A stretch of 64,000 nt of DNA, from NCBI RefSeq assembly GCF_009914755.1, contig NC_060927.1; one strand, 5' to 3'. The position numbers were made by a program, and so were the translations under genes. The notes beneath the pieces are model-generated. The model did not search any database and had not been told where the DNA came from. It was given only the letters and a program-made list of their open reading frames with translations. This document shows, in pieces, positions 48,445 through 63,579 of the stretch. Positions within the stretch are counted from its first letter, which is position 1. Every line of letters starts with the position of its first letter. Origin of the DNA: the human T2T-CHM13v2.0 reference genome, Homo sapiens.

Positions 48445-48820
48445 GTATCAGTTAGAATATTGGATTATGTTGAGGTAGCAAACAACTCCAAATATCTGTG
48501 GCCTCAAATAACAGTTTCATTTTGAATTTAGTAATATGTATTGTGGGTCTACTAGGGGTGGGGCTCATCATAACACTTTAGGAGTCCAGGTTGACAGAGT
48601 AACTATCCATCTTGAATGTGGTCAGCCACCATGTCAGAAAGAATAAAGAAATCTTGAATGTCTCCTTCTGGTCATTAAATGCTCCAGAAACACTTCATTT
48701 GAGCTTGCAGCTCATTGAACAGGAACAGTTACATGGCTGCAGCCATGGGGATGCTTTAAGTTTCCGAGAAGATGGAAAACTGGATATACTTGGCAAGCTA
48801 TGCTGACTACATCAATATGA
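48445..48820 (-). mobile_element. Old MLT1-like LTR
   Basis: tgtatcagttag..gtagcaaacaactccaaatatctgtggc. Confidence 0.5.
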
Positions 48821-49160
48821 CCCTGATATCTTCATTTTCTTGATAACTTGACTTCCAACAGTTCTTTCTAATAACTTCTTAGTATTTTCAGGAGTAATCC
48901 TTATTAGTATCATGCTAGGATTCAAGACAGCCTGTATATCTTATCCTAACTCTGTCTAATGCTCCTATTCAAAGGCATGAGGTCATAGTGCTGTAGCATT
49001 ACCATGTTCTGATTGTTGTCTGACTCCTGTGGTGTCACTGCCACACTGTCCTGCAGTTCTGACCTGGGACTTGTTTTTCTGTTCTGAGAATCAAACCATC
49101 ACTTCTGCATTACACTCACTTCCTTTGCTCTCTCAAGGGCATCAGCATCCAAAGGAATGG

Positions 49161-49501
49161 TGATATAGCTTGACTGTGTCTCAACCCAAATCCCATCTTG
49201 AACTGTACTCCCATAATTCCCGCTTGTTGTGGTGGGAGATAATTTGAATCACGAGGGCAGATTCCCCCATACTGTTCTCATGGTAGTGAATAAGTCCCAC
49301 AAGATCTGATGGTTTTATCAGGGGTTTCCGCTTTTGCATCTTCCTCATTTTCTCTTGCTGCCACCATGTAAGAAGTGCCTCTCACCTCCTGCCATGATTC
49401 TAAGGCCTCCCCAGCCATGTAGAACTGTAAGTTTAATTAAACCTCTTTTTCATCCCAGTCTCAGATATGTCTTTATCAGCGTATGAAAATGGTCTAATAC
49501 A
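49161..49501 (+). mobile_element. THE1A/B solo LTR
   Basis: tgatatagcttgactgtgtc..ggggtttccgcttttgcatcttcctc..ggtctaataca. TSD aatgg/aatag. Confidence 0.93.
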
Positions 49502-49867
49502 AATAGGAAGCAGTTATTTCCTGGGTCTAAATTTGGACCCTGGTAAAAAAGCTTTTGGATCACAGAATCATAAGATTGCTTATATTACTTTTAAAAATGT
49601 CTTTTGAACCTGGCTCCCCAAATCTTAGTATTCTATTAATAACTAGAAGGCAGCAAATGCTGTGGAGCACAAAAGGTATGATGCAATAATTAGAATAGGA
49701 CTTTACCCCAGGAGGCGAAGGGCCATCTATAACATACAACACTCCCACAGTACACTGGGTCCATCTGGTTTCTTTCTTTCTTTTAAATTCACAAGTTGTG
49801 CTGTATCATCTGTGACCACCCTTTCATTAACAGGAATTGTAAGGGGGCTTTTTTGGTGTCATTGTCA

Positions 49868-49925
<58 letters not shown>

Positions 49926-49931
49926 TTTTTT
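49868..49931. repeat. Compound (TG)8(TA)12(T)24 microsatellite
   Basis: Read directly from the sequence. Confidence 0.95.
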
Positions 49932-50871
49932 GGCAGTCTTCAACATTGAGAGTGGAAACATGAATTTATAGTTTGTAATTTGGTTACCTAATCTCCAAAT
50001 GTGAACGTCAATTGATGTATTACAGGTGTTTTTTCAATAGCATCCTTAACTAATAGGCCCTAGGTAAACCATGGCTTTAGACAGTTTTGTACACATGCTT
50101 GATTGCAGGCACAATGCTCAAAGGTGAAAAGAGGAAAACCAACTTTTCTAATTTTTTTCATGCTGCTTTGGGGTTCTTTCTTACAACACAATAGTCTTTT
50201 CAAGTTCTTCCCCCGCCCTGTTTTATAATCATGACTGAGTTTTTAAAATGTTTAATATCTCCCTGAGCTACATACTATTGTTCTACAAGTTCTTTGCTTT
50301 CATCAAATAGTCAATTATATTATCTGTGAATACAGGGAGGCAATGATAGAAAAAAGTGACTCCAGGAAGAGGCAGCTATGGGTAAAATCTTCACCAGGAT
50401 TCTTTCCAAACAAAATCTTAAAATAAATTTGGAGTGTGGAGCAGAGTATAATAGTGACAGCAGGGTGCCTGCTGCCTACTGAAAGTTGAATTCTGTGTCA
50501 GGAATGATAATTACCAGCTCTGAGGCAGAAAAAAACCATCAACTCTGTCCTGATTACTAATTAATCAAGTGCTAAAGGCATTTAAACCAGTGACCCTGTT
50601 TCAGAGATCGAAGTTACAAAGTGATGCTTAAGATTTAAAGGAACACTGGGTCCATTTCCAACCCCCTCAAAAAAAATTAAACACAATATTAAAATAATTC
50701 TATTAGGTTTGTTTTGTTTTATTTTGCTTTTTAGTTATGTGTCTTGTCTTTATAGAAGCAGAATTCAACAGAGAGAGAGTGTGGCTATCTGAAGTCTTGG
50801 ATTTGAACTACAGAGTGATATCCTTGGGAAGGTTCCTAGAGATTATAAAATCCCACCTCCACATTGATAAG

Positions 50872-50975
50872 CAAGTCAGATTTATTTTAATCAATGTTAA
50901 GTAGTCTTTTACATTGTTTAGCTTTCAAGTCAGATTTATTTTAATCAATGTTCAGTTGTCTTTTACATTGTTTAG
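50872..50975. repeat. Tandem duplication, 50-bp copies, period 54
   Basis: 50872-50921 versus 50926-50975, 2 mismatches. Confidence 0.95.
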
Positions 50976-50999
50976 GTTCTGTCTTTAGGTAATATATAT

Positions 51000-52120
<1,121 letters not shown>

Positions 52121-54084
52121 TGCTTTGAAGTGAGAAATGACTTTCAATTATAATATTAAATATGTAACATAGAGAAAATAATTTAATTTTTCTTGGACTT
52201 AGTTGCCTCACTTGTAAAATATATATTAGGAGGGGGATAGAGATGGTTGGGAGGAAGAAACCAGATTGGATGGAGTATCTGTTGCAAGCTTTTCAGATCT
52301 AAACTTCTATGATTCCATTACTTTCCCATTCTGTCCTAATTGCTGAATATAATCAAGCCTTTTTATGGAAATGTTTTTGATCTTGTATGTTTTGGGCAAG
52401 CATTACCATTGCTTATTAAGTTACTGTGCTACAAATTCAGGGTTAATTTTCTTTTAATGAAGAAACTTCTGCATACCCCCAGGGCTTTTTCTGTTAAATT
52501 GTTGTAAACCATTTCCATTTAAAAAACACCAATGGCTTTAATGAGTTAGGCCTGCCACTTTCATGGAATAACAGCTAATGAATGACCTTGCAGACAGAAA
52601 TGTGCAACACAATTAGGACTACCAAAGTTTTCTTCCCAACTCTGAGCCTATTTAACATTTTCATCATATGCATGGACACACACACAGCACCTCAGAAATA
52701 TAAAATAATGTTCTTGTGGCTATACTGTTAATACAAGAGATACTGCAGTTTACACCTGAAGCCATCAGCAGTGACGTCTGGTTGTTAAGAGACACTTCAG
52801 TTTGTTGACAGGTGGTTCTTATGGTGGGGTATAGCTATTGAGTTTACAGATATCTGATTTCTAAATTTATGTAGTCTATGGAATAGTCTCTATTTTTATA
52901 TTAATATTTTAGGGAGAATAGCCTGAGAAAGTCCCAAAGCATTTCCCTTGTATCAGAACAATAGGTTTCGCTTCATGGTATTGGCAGTGTTGAATAGGAA
53001 GATCTTGAACTTGTATGTGTGTATGGCCTACCTTGATAAATTACAGGAAACCTCTCCAAGGAGCTAAGTGATTTTCTTTTTTGCCCTTTTTTTGCATTAT
53101 TTAATGAAAAATACTTATTGATCACAAACTCTAGAAACTGACATTTCCTGCAGAGAAAGTCTGTAAGGAACCCTGACTCCAGGCTGTTTCTCGTTAAGGT
53201 GCTGTGCTTCCTGTTTTGTTCATTATAGTTTTGAAAGATTCATATTATAGCCAATTTTCCCAGAAAAGTTTAGTTTATAATAACCTAGAATCAGCAATTT
53301 ATTTCTAGTTAAAATGTTACTGCCTTCCACAGTCTCACTGGGAGAGGGTCTGGATCATTTCTCCTCAGGAAATCACTGCCTTGAGCTGAAATATACTGGA
53401 ATCCTGCTACTTCCCTTAATTCCAGCCTTCCAACCCAGTATAGTTGTTTTGACTTTTTGCCTTCCATCACTGAGTACTTGAGGATGGTTCTTGCTGTTTT
53501 GGGGTATAAACTAGTGCATTGAGTATGATATTTTTGAAAGCTTTCTAATTTAGGTCTTCTTTTTTGGTAAATTCTCTTCTACCTTGTCCACCATTTGTGG
53601 CACAACCATCAAAGCTAAGTCTGATAAGGATTTCATACAAGGGAAGGAAGACAGGAAGAAAAAGTAAAGAAAAGCTCCTTATAGCAGCTTCAGTAGGATT
53701 GGGGAAGGAGGAAGAGTGAGAGGTAAGAGAGACAAGAGTGGACAGAGGAAGCCCCATTTCCTTTCTCTGGCTTGGCCTGTGCATGGTAATTATGCAAACC
53801 GAAGGGAATGCTGTGGACAGAGTTCTCCTTTGATTTTTTTTTTTTTTTTTGGATGCTATGAGAAGACTATCTTGCAGCCTGCCCTCCTGTTAACCTGGAA
53901 CAAGTCACAACTGGGAAACTCCATGGCATAGCCTGAGAGGAAGATCTAAGTTTGGATCTCTGAGCTTCTGAGCTTCATTTGGCTGGTGTGTGATCTGAAT
54001 AGAATCCAGACACTCTTACAAGGTCCTGTGGGAGGTGTGGAGGTTAGCTGGCTCTCTGGCTGCTCACCTTCCTATTGCAACAAT

Positions 54085-54320
54085 AACAATAGTGATCAAT
54101 ACTTATATAGTGCTTACATGTGACAGATACCGCTTCAAGTATTTTATGTTGATTAATTAATCCTCGTAGCAACTCTGAGAGGTAGATACTGTTATTATTA
54201 CCCCCTCCTGATTTTATAGACGAGGAAACCCAGTCACAGAGATTTTATTGTCTCATCCAAGGTCACTGTTAGTAAGTGGTGATGTAAAAACAGGCAGTTT
54301 GATGTCAGAATCTGAGAGAT
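54085..54320 (-). mobile_element. MIR
   Basis: acttatatagtgcttac..ttttatagacgaggaaac..ccaaggtcac. Confidence 0.8.
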
Positions 54321-55959
54321 GGCCATTGTTAAGAGGGAAGTGACCTATAAACCAGGGCTGCAGGGCAAACTGCCTGGGCCAGATCTAGGATGCCTATAGC
54401 AGCGGCAAAGGTTAGCTAGAGAGGACTGTGAAATCTTGACTGAATGAAGAGGTAGAGAAGTGATGAACTATATTATTTAATAGCAAATGATAGAACACAA
54501 ATCCATATAAGCTACCCTCTTCACCCGCTGCTCCAAGAGCATGTTAGTCTCCATCTATACCCACTGCCAACTTGAGAAGTAAGGGAGAGAAGGAGATGTT
54601 GAAGACCTCCATGGCAGCTTTTATCACAATAAGACTGCATGACCCAATTAATGGTTCAAATGATGGGTTTGGAGTGAGAATTTTCTGTTGGCTAAATTGT
54701 AGTTTTGTGTCTCTGCCACCCTGTGGGTGGGGCTCAGGAAGAAACCTGAATCTCTTACAGACAAGTTAAGGGAGCAACATTTTCTCTGGATATCTGGATG
54801 TTCCAGCAACAGTATCCAAAAGACTGGAAGTTATTTTCTTTTTCTGTGCACACTAAAGTACTAGAGTACAGTTTTGTCATCATCCATAGGGAGATGAAAT
54901 TAACCTTTGATGTATTATTATTATTGTCCACAAACCAGAGTGAAGTATAACTCAACCAAAAGTATGTAAGTATTTTTTGTTTTGTTTTCTAGGTAAAAAC
55001 AATTTCTACAAAGAAACTATTATTCCATGACTCCTGAATTATTTAAGATTACTGAACTGCATTTTTTTTTTTTTTTTGGTAAAGTAACAATTAGAACACA
55101 AGTCCCTTCAGCCCCACACAATTTATTCTGGTGGTTAATAGAGGAGCCAATTACCTTTTTATTTCCAGAAGGGTAGGGAATAGTCATGTCATATGGGAAA
55201 ATTGCTTAATTTAAGAATTATATCTGTTTGCCCTTGACAAGGACTTTCTTGACTGTTCGGTATGGAGAAGGTCCAGGGAGTGGGTGGACAGTGCAGTTCA
55301 GACGTTCCCAAGCCTGTCTCAGCGGGATAGTGTGAATGCCTGGGGTGCTTCTCGGGTTGACAGAGGTCCTCAATCACACACCGGGATTCTCAAGCAGAAT
55401 CTACCTGAACTACTTGAGGGCAGTTTGGGACCTAAACAAGCCTAGAATCAAAGTTTTGATGTTATGTGGCTTATGTTCTGGGAAATATGGGGGTTGGATA
55501 AAATCTTTCATAGACTTCCTAGAGGTTTCTGTCTTCTTAGGGTAGAACGTCCCAAACCTTAAGCATTTCAGGACTATCTTCATTATGACTACCTGTGGTA
55601 TTATTTATTTAATATATATTTAAAAAATGGATTCACTATGTCAACATAAATACATTTGTTAAAGTATGCAGATGTGTATGATTATCATCAATGATTAAGA
55701 AAAAGAAATCTTTGCCATAAATAGGAGGTCATAATCAATATAAATACAGAAACCAAAGCAAAATAGTAGTATAAAAATCTATTTAACTGCTATTTCCTGC
55801 CTGCAAAAGGCTCTGAACTTGTAGCCTGGCCTTTTGTTTTTGTGAAGGGAGATCAGCAAGTGTCTAAAAAGTGTTAAAGGACTATTTAGTACCAATTTAG
55901 ACTTTTTCCTTGATGTAAATATGTTTGAAAGACAATTGTAAAGGCAATGCATATTGCTT

Positions 55960-56254
55960 TTTATTTATTTTTTTATTATACTTTAAGTTCTAGGGTACAT
56001 GTGCGCAATGTGCAGGTTTGTTACATATGTATACATGTGCTATGTTGGTTTGTTGCACCCATTAAGTTGTCATTTACATTAGGTATATCTCCTAATGCTA
56101 TCCCTCCCCCAGGCCCCCCACCCCATGACAGGCCCCGGTGTGTGATGTTCCTCACCCTGCGTCCAAGTGTTCTCATTGTTCAATTCCCACCTATGACTGA
56201 GAACATGTGGTGTTTGGTTTTCTGTCCTTGTGATAATTTGCTCAGAATGATGGT
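55960..56254 (-). mobile_element. L1PA4-6-like 3' end
   Basis: ttattatactttaagttctagggtacatgtgc..ttaggtatatctcctaatgctatccctcccc. Confidence 0.95.
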
Positions 56255-56454
56255 ATAAATCATGCTACTATAAAGGGACCTGCACACGTATGTTTATTGT
56301 GGCACTATTCACAATAGCAAAGACTTGGAACCAACCCAAATGTCCATCAATGATAGACTGGATTAAGAAAATGTGGCACATATACACCATGGAATACTAT
56401 GCAGCCATAAAAAAGCATGAGTTCATGTCCTTTGTAGGGACGTGGATGAAGCTG
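56255..56454 (+). mobile_element. Inverted 5' segment of the same L1 (ORF2 C-terminus)
   Basis: ORF 56290-56472 reads MFIVALFTIAKTWNQPKCPS. The segment ends at gatgaagctg, adjacent in the consensus to the minus segment. TSD caatgcatattgctt/caatgtgtattactt. Confidence 0.93.
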
Positions 56455-56924
56455 CCAATGTGTATTACTTAAAATTGTCTGGGTAAATTTTTGTGAGAAT
56501 GGAAATATTGATTTAGGAGAAACTACATATTTTTTCCCTAAGACAGCAGTTTTCCTCACCCAGTCAGGGGCTCTGGAACTTTGCTGGAACTACTGAAGTG
56601 ATGGGAGAGCTTGGGAGCAAAAAAATGGGGGGGCCTTCAATTGGAATCCAGTCATGTAGTGGACCCTACTGCCTCCCAACCAATGTGATCCATAGTGTAG
56701 TATATCACAAACTCCCCAGCATTTTCTCTTTATTTTGAGATAGAAAACATGCAATTAAAGGGGAAAACAGACACTTCTCATTTGGGTGCTCCAACCACAG
56801 TACATTTCTTGACACATATAAGATGGTTGTCTTTGTGGACACTGAAAAAAATTGCTGATTGACTTTGAAAGGAGGTTAGTCAATATCTGGTACTGCAATG
56901 TGTGGCACTGAGAAAGTTAGAGAC

Positions 56925-57774
56925 TGTATTAATTTCCTGTGGGTTCTATAAAAAATTGCCACAAATTTATTGGCTTAATATAACAGATATTTGTTTTCTC
57001 ACAGCCCTGGAGTCCAATGTGGATACCCAGATTTCACTGGGCCAAAATCTAGGTATCCACTGGGCTGTGCTCCCTTCAGAGGCTCTAGGGGAGAATCCAC
57101 TCCTTGACTCTTTCAGCTTTTGGTGGTTGTCAGCATCCCTTGGCTTGTGGCTGCATTACTCTAGTCTCTGCCTCTATGGTCATTGTAACCTCCCATATTG
57201 TGTGTGTATTCTCCTTCTGCCTCTGTCATGGTTAGTTGGGACTAAGTTGACACAGCTATAACAAATTTAAGCCACACACTAGATGACTTAAACAACAGTT
57301 ATCTATGATAGTGTTGAGAAGTCTAAGATCAAGGTGCTAGCCGACCTGGTATCTGGTAAGAGCTCTCTTCCTTGTATGGAGATGGCTGTCCTCTCAATAT
57401 ATCCTCACGTGGCTTACAGAAAAATAATCTCTCTTGTGTTTCTTCTTCTGAGGACACTAATTCTGTTGGTGAGGGCTCCACACCATGATGTAATTACCTT
57501 CCAAAGGCCCCACCTCCTAATACCATCACCTTGGGGATTAGGATTTCAATATATACATTCAGAGGATCACAAAATTCAGTCCTTAACATTCTGTCTTGTA
57601 AGAATATTTGCGATTAGACTTAGGATCTACCAAATAACTCAGGATAATCTCATCTCGAAGTCCCTAACTTAATCATATTTTTAAGAACACTTTTAGCAAA
57701 TACATTAACCTTTTCAGGTTCCAGGGATTAGGATGTGGATGTATTTTGAAGGGTTCATTCTTCAGCCTGCCACA
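56925..57774 (-). mobile_element. MLT1C-like LTR with a nested MLT1A-like LTR (57224-57588)
   Basis: Outer element ggctctaggggagaatcc..cttctgcctc resumes as caggataatctcatctc..cagcctgccaca. Inner element aagtctaagatcaaggtgct..attcagtccttaaca. Confidence 0.82.
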
Positions 57775-57819
57775 GGCAGGGAGAGTTATCTTGTTAGAAA
57801 AGGGAGGTAAGGTTTGTAA

Positions 57820-57990
57820 AACTCCCTCTATGAACCAGACACTGCGTTGCATATTTTGTCTGTTAGCTTATTCACTCCTGGCAACAATTTCATGAGATAT
57901 TGTCCACATTTCACAGATAAGAAAACTGTAACAGAGAGCTTAAAAACTTGTCCAAGATAACAGAACTAGCAAGTGGCAGATGCTTTAACA
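57820..57990 (-). mobile_element. MIR
   Basis: catttcacagataagaaaactg..cttgtccaagat..ctagcaagtggcaga. Confidence 0.75.
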
Positions 57991-60900
57991 ATCACAGTTT
58001 TTCAGCAGCCAAGTCACATTATATCGCCACCTCACTGATCTTATGTTACCAGGTGAACATACTCTGCTTTCCAGAGTGTATTGGATCTGGATGGGATCTG
58101 CTCAAGCTCCTTGTTTTCTGCTGAAGTCACCTTTAATATAAACTTGCCATGACAGGCCAGAGTGAAGGCACGCTTCTAGACAATGTCCTGTAGCCCTGAC
58201 TGTACTGAATTCATGAGTGAATTTAGACATGTAAACTTTTTTAAATAAAATGCAAAGAAGCCGTAGTGACTACAGCACATCACATATCCTTATTTCATAT
58301 CCAAACCGCTTCAGAGTTAATCAAGTGTTCAGTCGTTTTGTTGAATTAATCAACCACAATGATAAGCTGTTTATCTTGCCTATAGGAGGCAGAAACATTC
58401 AAACTGTTCACCTTCATGCACACTTTCTGTGTGTCTCTGTAAATTATTTTTAGTAGGTGCTGTAATTGCTGCTAAGATGGAGCTTCCTAAGGCTCTTAAA
58501 CATGAACCTGTCCAACAGCTTTGCTTTGACAGAAGTTTTGCAAGGGTAATGAAACATTCAGGCAGGAACAAACTTGCCTAAGACACTTCATTCAAGGTCT
58601 AGTCTTGGGGAAATATTAACAATGACCTTCATGTGTCCCCCTTCAATCCAATTGAAATTAGAAAGCACATTACGATGAAATCTTTTTAGCACCATCTGGT
58701 TAAATGGGGTTTTCTAATTGTCTGTGTCATGGGCTAAGCCTAAAAAGGAAGAGTGGCAAGAAACTAATTCCCTACAGACAAAAGATGTGTTGATGCTATT
58801 TAAAACGCCTGTCAGGGCCTGGTTTCTGAATCCCAAACATAATGCTGCTTTACACGTAGAGTGGAGTAGAAGTAACCAAGAGATGCAGGGGGCTTTCTGT
58901 TGACACAAAACATGAATAAACAGATCTCAGGCAGGCTTTTCTAAGAGCATTCAGTATTTTGCCCCAAATGTAAACCTTTAACAGCTACATGTTTATTTTT
59001 GCAGAGGTGAGTCTAAAACACAAGCAGATTTTGGCGATCATTTGCATAGGAAGAAACAGACTTCACACTTGTGAGTCAGAGGTGTTTGCTTTGGAGGGTT
59101 GCATTTTCGCTTTCTATGCTGGGTGAAGTGAGGGTGTTGTCTTTCTGTGTCCCCTTCCTCCTATCTCCCAAACATCACCTACAGGCTTTCCCATGAGAAT
59201 TCAACAGCTGTTCCTTTCCAATTCCTAAAGGTTTATGCTGTAGCTCTCCATTTATCTTGGACGTTCCCCCTGGGTTGAGCTTATTAACTTATTGCTTTGC
59301 CACTGCAGAATTTATTGCATAAAAGGGCTGGCTGCTGGCTGTGAGCTACGAGTAGTAAGTCCAGAGTTTAAGCCCTTATGAATTAGGGTACCAGATGCAT
59401 AAGTAAGATAAACCTGTTCTCCTTCTAGCCCTTGGGATGAGATTTCTCCCTTCTGAACTCACCCTCCACAGAGTTAACAATTTAGATTAAATTAGTTCAG
59501 AACACAAGAAAGTAATTTTCATTTGTAAAGGGATTAGTTATTTTTCTTCTTCTTAGGCAAGAACAGCAATCTAAATACAAAGATATATTAAAATGGGATT
59601 TCATTTTTTTAAATGGCTTTCACTAATACAAATAATAACGTGAAAAGAAAGCTATTTGGGTAATGTTGAATAGCATCTGGCCATGGCATTTTAATAACTG
59701 TAGGTAATAAATTTAAGGTTTTAATTACCTATGCTAGTATTTTAATTGCTTTACTGAAGTATACCAATGTGGACTAATGATGCTTGTCAGGACCCTTCCT
59801 CCAGGAGGCTCACAGAGGTATTGATCTATCTGGTCCTAGGGTAATGTCCTAGGGCCACACAGAAGGGAACCAGAAAGGAAATAGTTTTTGGCTTAGAATA
59901 ATTTATATTTCAAATGCATCTTAATCTGTAACAAATTTGGTTGAATGCTTTATACTGGGGAAACTCTTATTCCTGCTATAAAATTTAATCAAATGCATTT
60001 CATGGTAAATGAACTACTCAGGTTTAATGAATTTTTCTTTAAATGTGGAGTTAATATTCTATTTTCAAATTACTTTTGTCCAGTGAGTGTTTAAGTGAGT
60101 GATTACTCAAAAATTCTATGGAGTTGTTCGTAGACACTAGGAAAATGGAGATAAAATGTGAGTTCCTCATTTCCATTTGCTTAAAAAGTACAACTATTAA
60201 AAATAATCACTATGGAGATTCTAAAATGTTGGGACAATTCACACTTTTCTGTAGATCTGGTGACTTTTGAAGGAAATCGTGCGGTCTCTGCTTGCCACCT
60301 GCTCCTTTGGTCACAGATTAATAACATCTGACCAAGCATGAAGGCATGCTGGGGCCATCTGCCATTACACATAGCAGGATGTGTTTCAGCTTTCCCAAGT
60401 AGAATCCTGATTAACTACATGATGCCACTCTTAGTCGATGGTTATCCTATTGAGCTGCATGACCCAGTTATTTTGATAACAGGAATTTAGTACTCATCTT
60501 GGTCAAACCAGAACTACTTAATCTTTTTGGTGGTGGTTCAAGCAGTAGGCCATCTATATAATTTCCATGATAATTATGAGCTTTCTTTTCTATTTATGTA
60601 GTAATAGGATGTCAAATCAGACCTTTACGTTTGTCTCTATGCTTTGATGTGGTCTGCAAATTTGAGAAAAATAGATACCGAGAACCTCCACATTCTAAAT
60701 GAATTGAATTCTCTTCCTTTCACGCCAACCCCTCACCTCCCACTGTCTTCCCCAAAAAGCACCCCCACCTTCACTGCCACAGTCATCATGACTGTGACCA
60801 CTGTTCTCTCCACCAAGATTTCTTTATGCTCTGGCTTTTTATTGCCAAGGAGCCTTGAGACTATGGATGATAGAGAAGTATGCCCTACTTGCTAGGTATT

Positions 60901-61987
60901 CATGCTATAAAGGTTCTTATGAGGCAGAGACCCAACCTTTTCCCAGGCTCTTCTTTGGAATACGGAGGAGTCCCAGTGCTATCATTATTGACACTCCAAA
61001 GGAAGCCCACCCAGCTGCCTGAAAGTGGTGAGCTTAATGGAAATGACATCAGCCCAAGGACTAAGAGGACTTGAGCAAACTGTAACTAGCTGAGCCACGT
61101 GGGGCAAGCCATTTGACCTCAAAATGTTTTAGTTTTCTTTTAGTCAAAAATTAAGGACTAGAATCAATGCTTTTAAATTGTGTCATAAAATGTCACAGTT
61201 ACGTAGAGCAAATGGCTAGTATTCACACCTCCCTTCCTTCTTTCTCCCACATGGAACGAGACTGATTGCTGGCAGTGCAGCAGCTATCTTGTGACTTTAA
61301 GGCAACTAGTGTGAGGATAAAGGCTGGCCCAATTCAGATTGTGGAATTGGCCCCAATGGCATCATTTAGGTGCCATCCCTCCCCTGGACTGCCTTTTCTC
61401 AGCTTCTTGCTGTGCAAAACAATAAACTCTTATACAGTGAATCTACTCTTAGTTGTTTACAGTTGCAAACAACTGAATGCTGTTCTAATGAAGGCAGCCT
61501 TAAACTAGCGCTGTTCAGACAGTTCTGAGATCAGTAACTATGCTTAGCTTACAATTACTATTTTGTAACCATCTGTTGTTAAAAATGCTGTCTCTGTTAG
61601 ATACTTGAAGGTTTTTAATTTCTTTTAATTGGGGAATATTTTGCATCCCTGCGGATAATATTCCTTTAATGTTCTTTTATAAATTTCTTGTCTTCAGATG
61701 GCAAATCTGAGCACCATATTTATAATTTACCTTTTCCTTTTATATTGAAAATAAAAGGTGATTCAGAAATCAAAAATGAAGTATTAAATTGGGGAAACTA
61801 CTCCATTATTGACAACTAGTATAGTTAATTGTGGTGATTTTTCAGACTAAAAGAGAGGTTTGTTCTCTTATGCCCTAAAAAACCTTGCTAATTTTTAGAT
61901 AAGGAGACACTCATTTCTTTTTGCCTTTAATAAGGCAAATACAATTATTGCTTACAAAACTGGCTAGGCACGGTGGCTCATGCCTGT

Positions 61988-62743
<756 letters not shown>

Positions 62744-63579
62744 CCTGAAATCCCAGCACTTTGGGAGGCCAACGTGAGAAGATTGCTTAAGCCCAGGAGT
62801 TCGAGACCAGCCTGGGCAAGATGGCAAGATCCCATCTCTATTTAAATAAACAAACCCTGAATACTGAATGACTGGCAATTTTAACTTTGGAATAAAACTT
62901 GGATCTGAATTGCATTTTAATAAGTTGAATTAATAAGTAGATACTTAAAATCTTTAAAAAATTAAATTGAAATATTTTAACATTTTATGTATTTACATCT
63001 TGATAACTGTCTGTGGATTGCTAAAATAAATTGAAATTCAACTCTAGTCTTTAAGCAAACACAAAAAGCCTTTGGAACAGGATTCTGGCTTGAAATTTGA
63101 AAATGTTGAAGAAATGTTTGGTTGAAAGATGTAGTGGAAACATGTTACCTAGGTTACATGAATTTATGATCAAAAATATAAAATGGATCTTTTAAAGCAT
63201 ATAATCCACCCCCCTGCAATTTAAATATATCTGAAATCTGTTGCCAATTTGATGACTCCTGCTTTATAATGCCACTCATATTCTTTATATTGAAGGCAAA
63301 ACATCTTTCCAAGAGAGTTAATATCCCTATTTGATAAACACAATAGTTTATTTATAACATGCCATTTCTATCATAGGTCACTGGAGACAGAAATCAGATT
63401 TTATTTGAAAGAGTTCAGAATGGTAATGAAAACCTTAGTTTAGATTTTTTACTAATATGTTAAATTTCTATAAAATAATTTACATTCCTACAACAAAAGA
63501 GGAAGTATAGAGTAATAAAAAGGATGTGGCCTTTATAATCAAACAATTTGTATAAGAATTCCTGTTCTCCCAAGTCTAC

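Noticed and set aside
54761-54971. About 60 open codons followed by gtaagt
   Set aside because: There is an in-frame stop before the donor, and the peptide resembles nothing I recognise.
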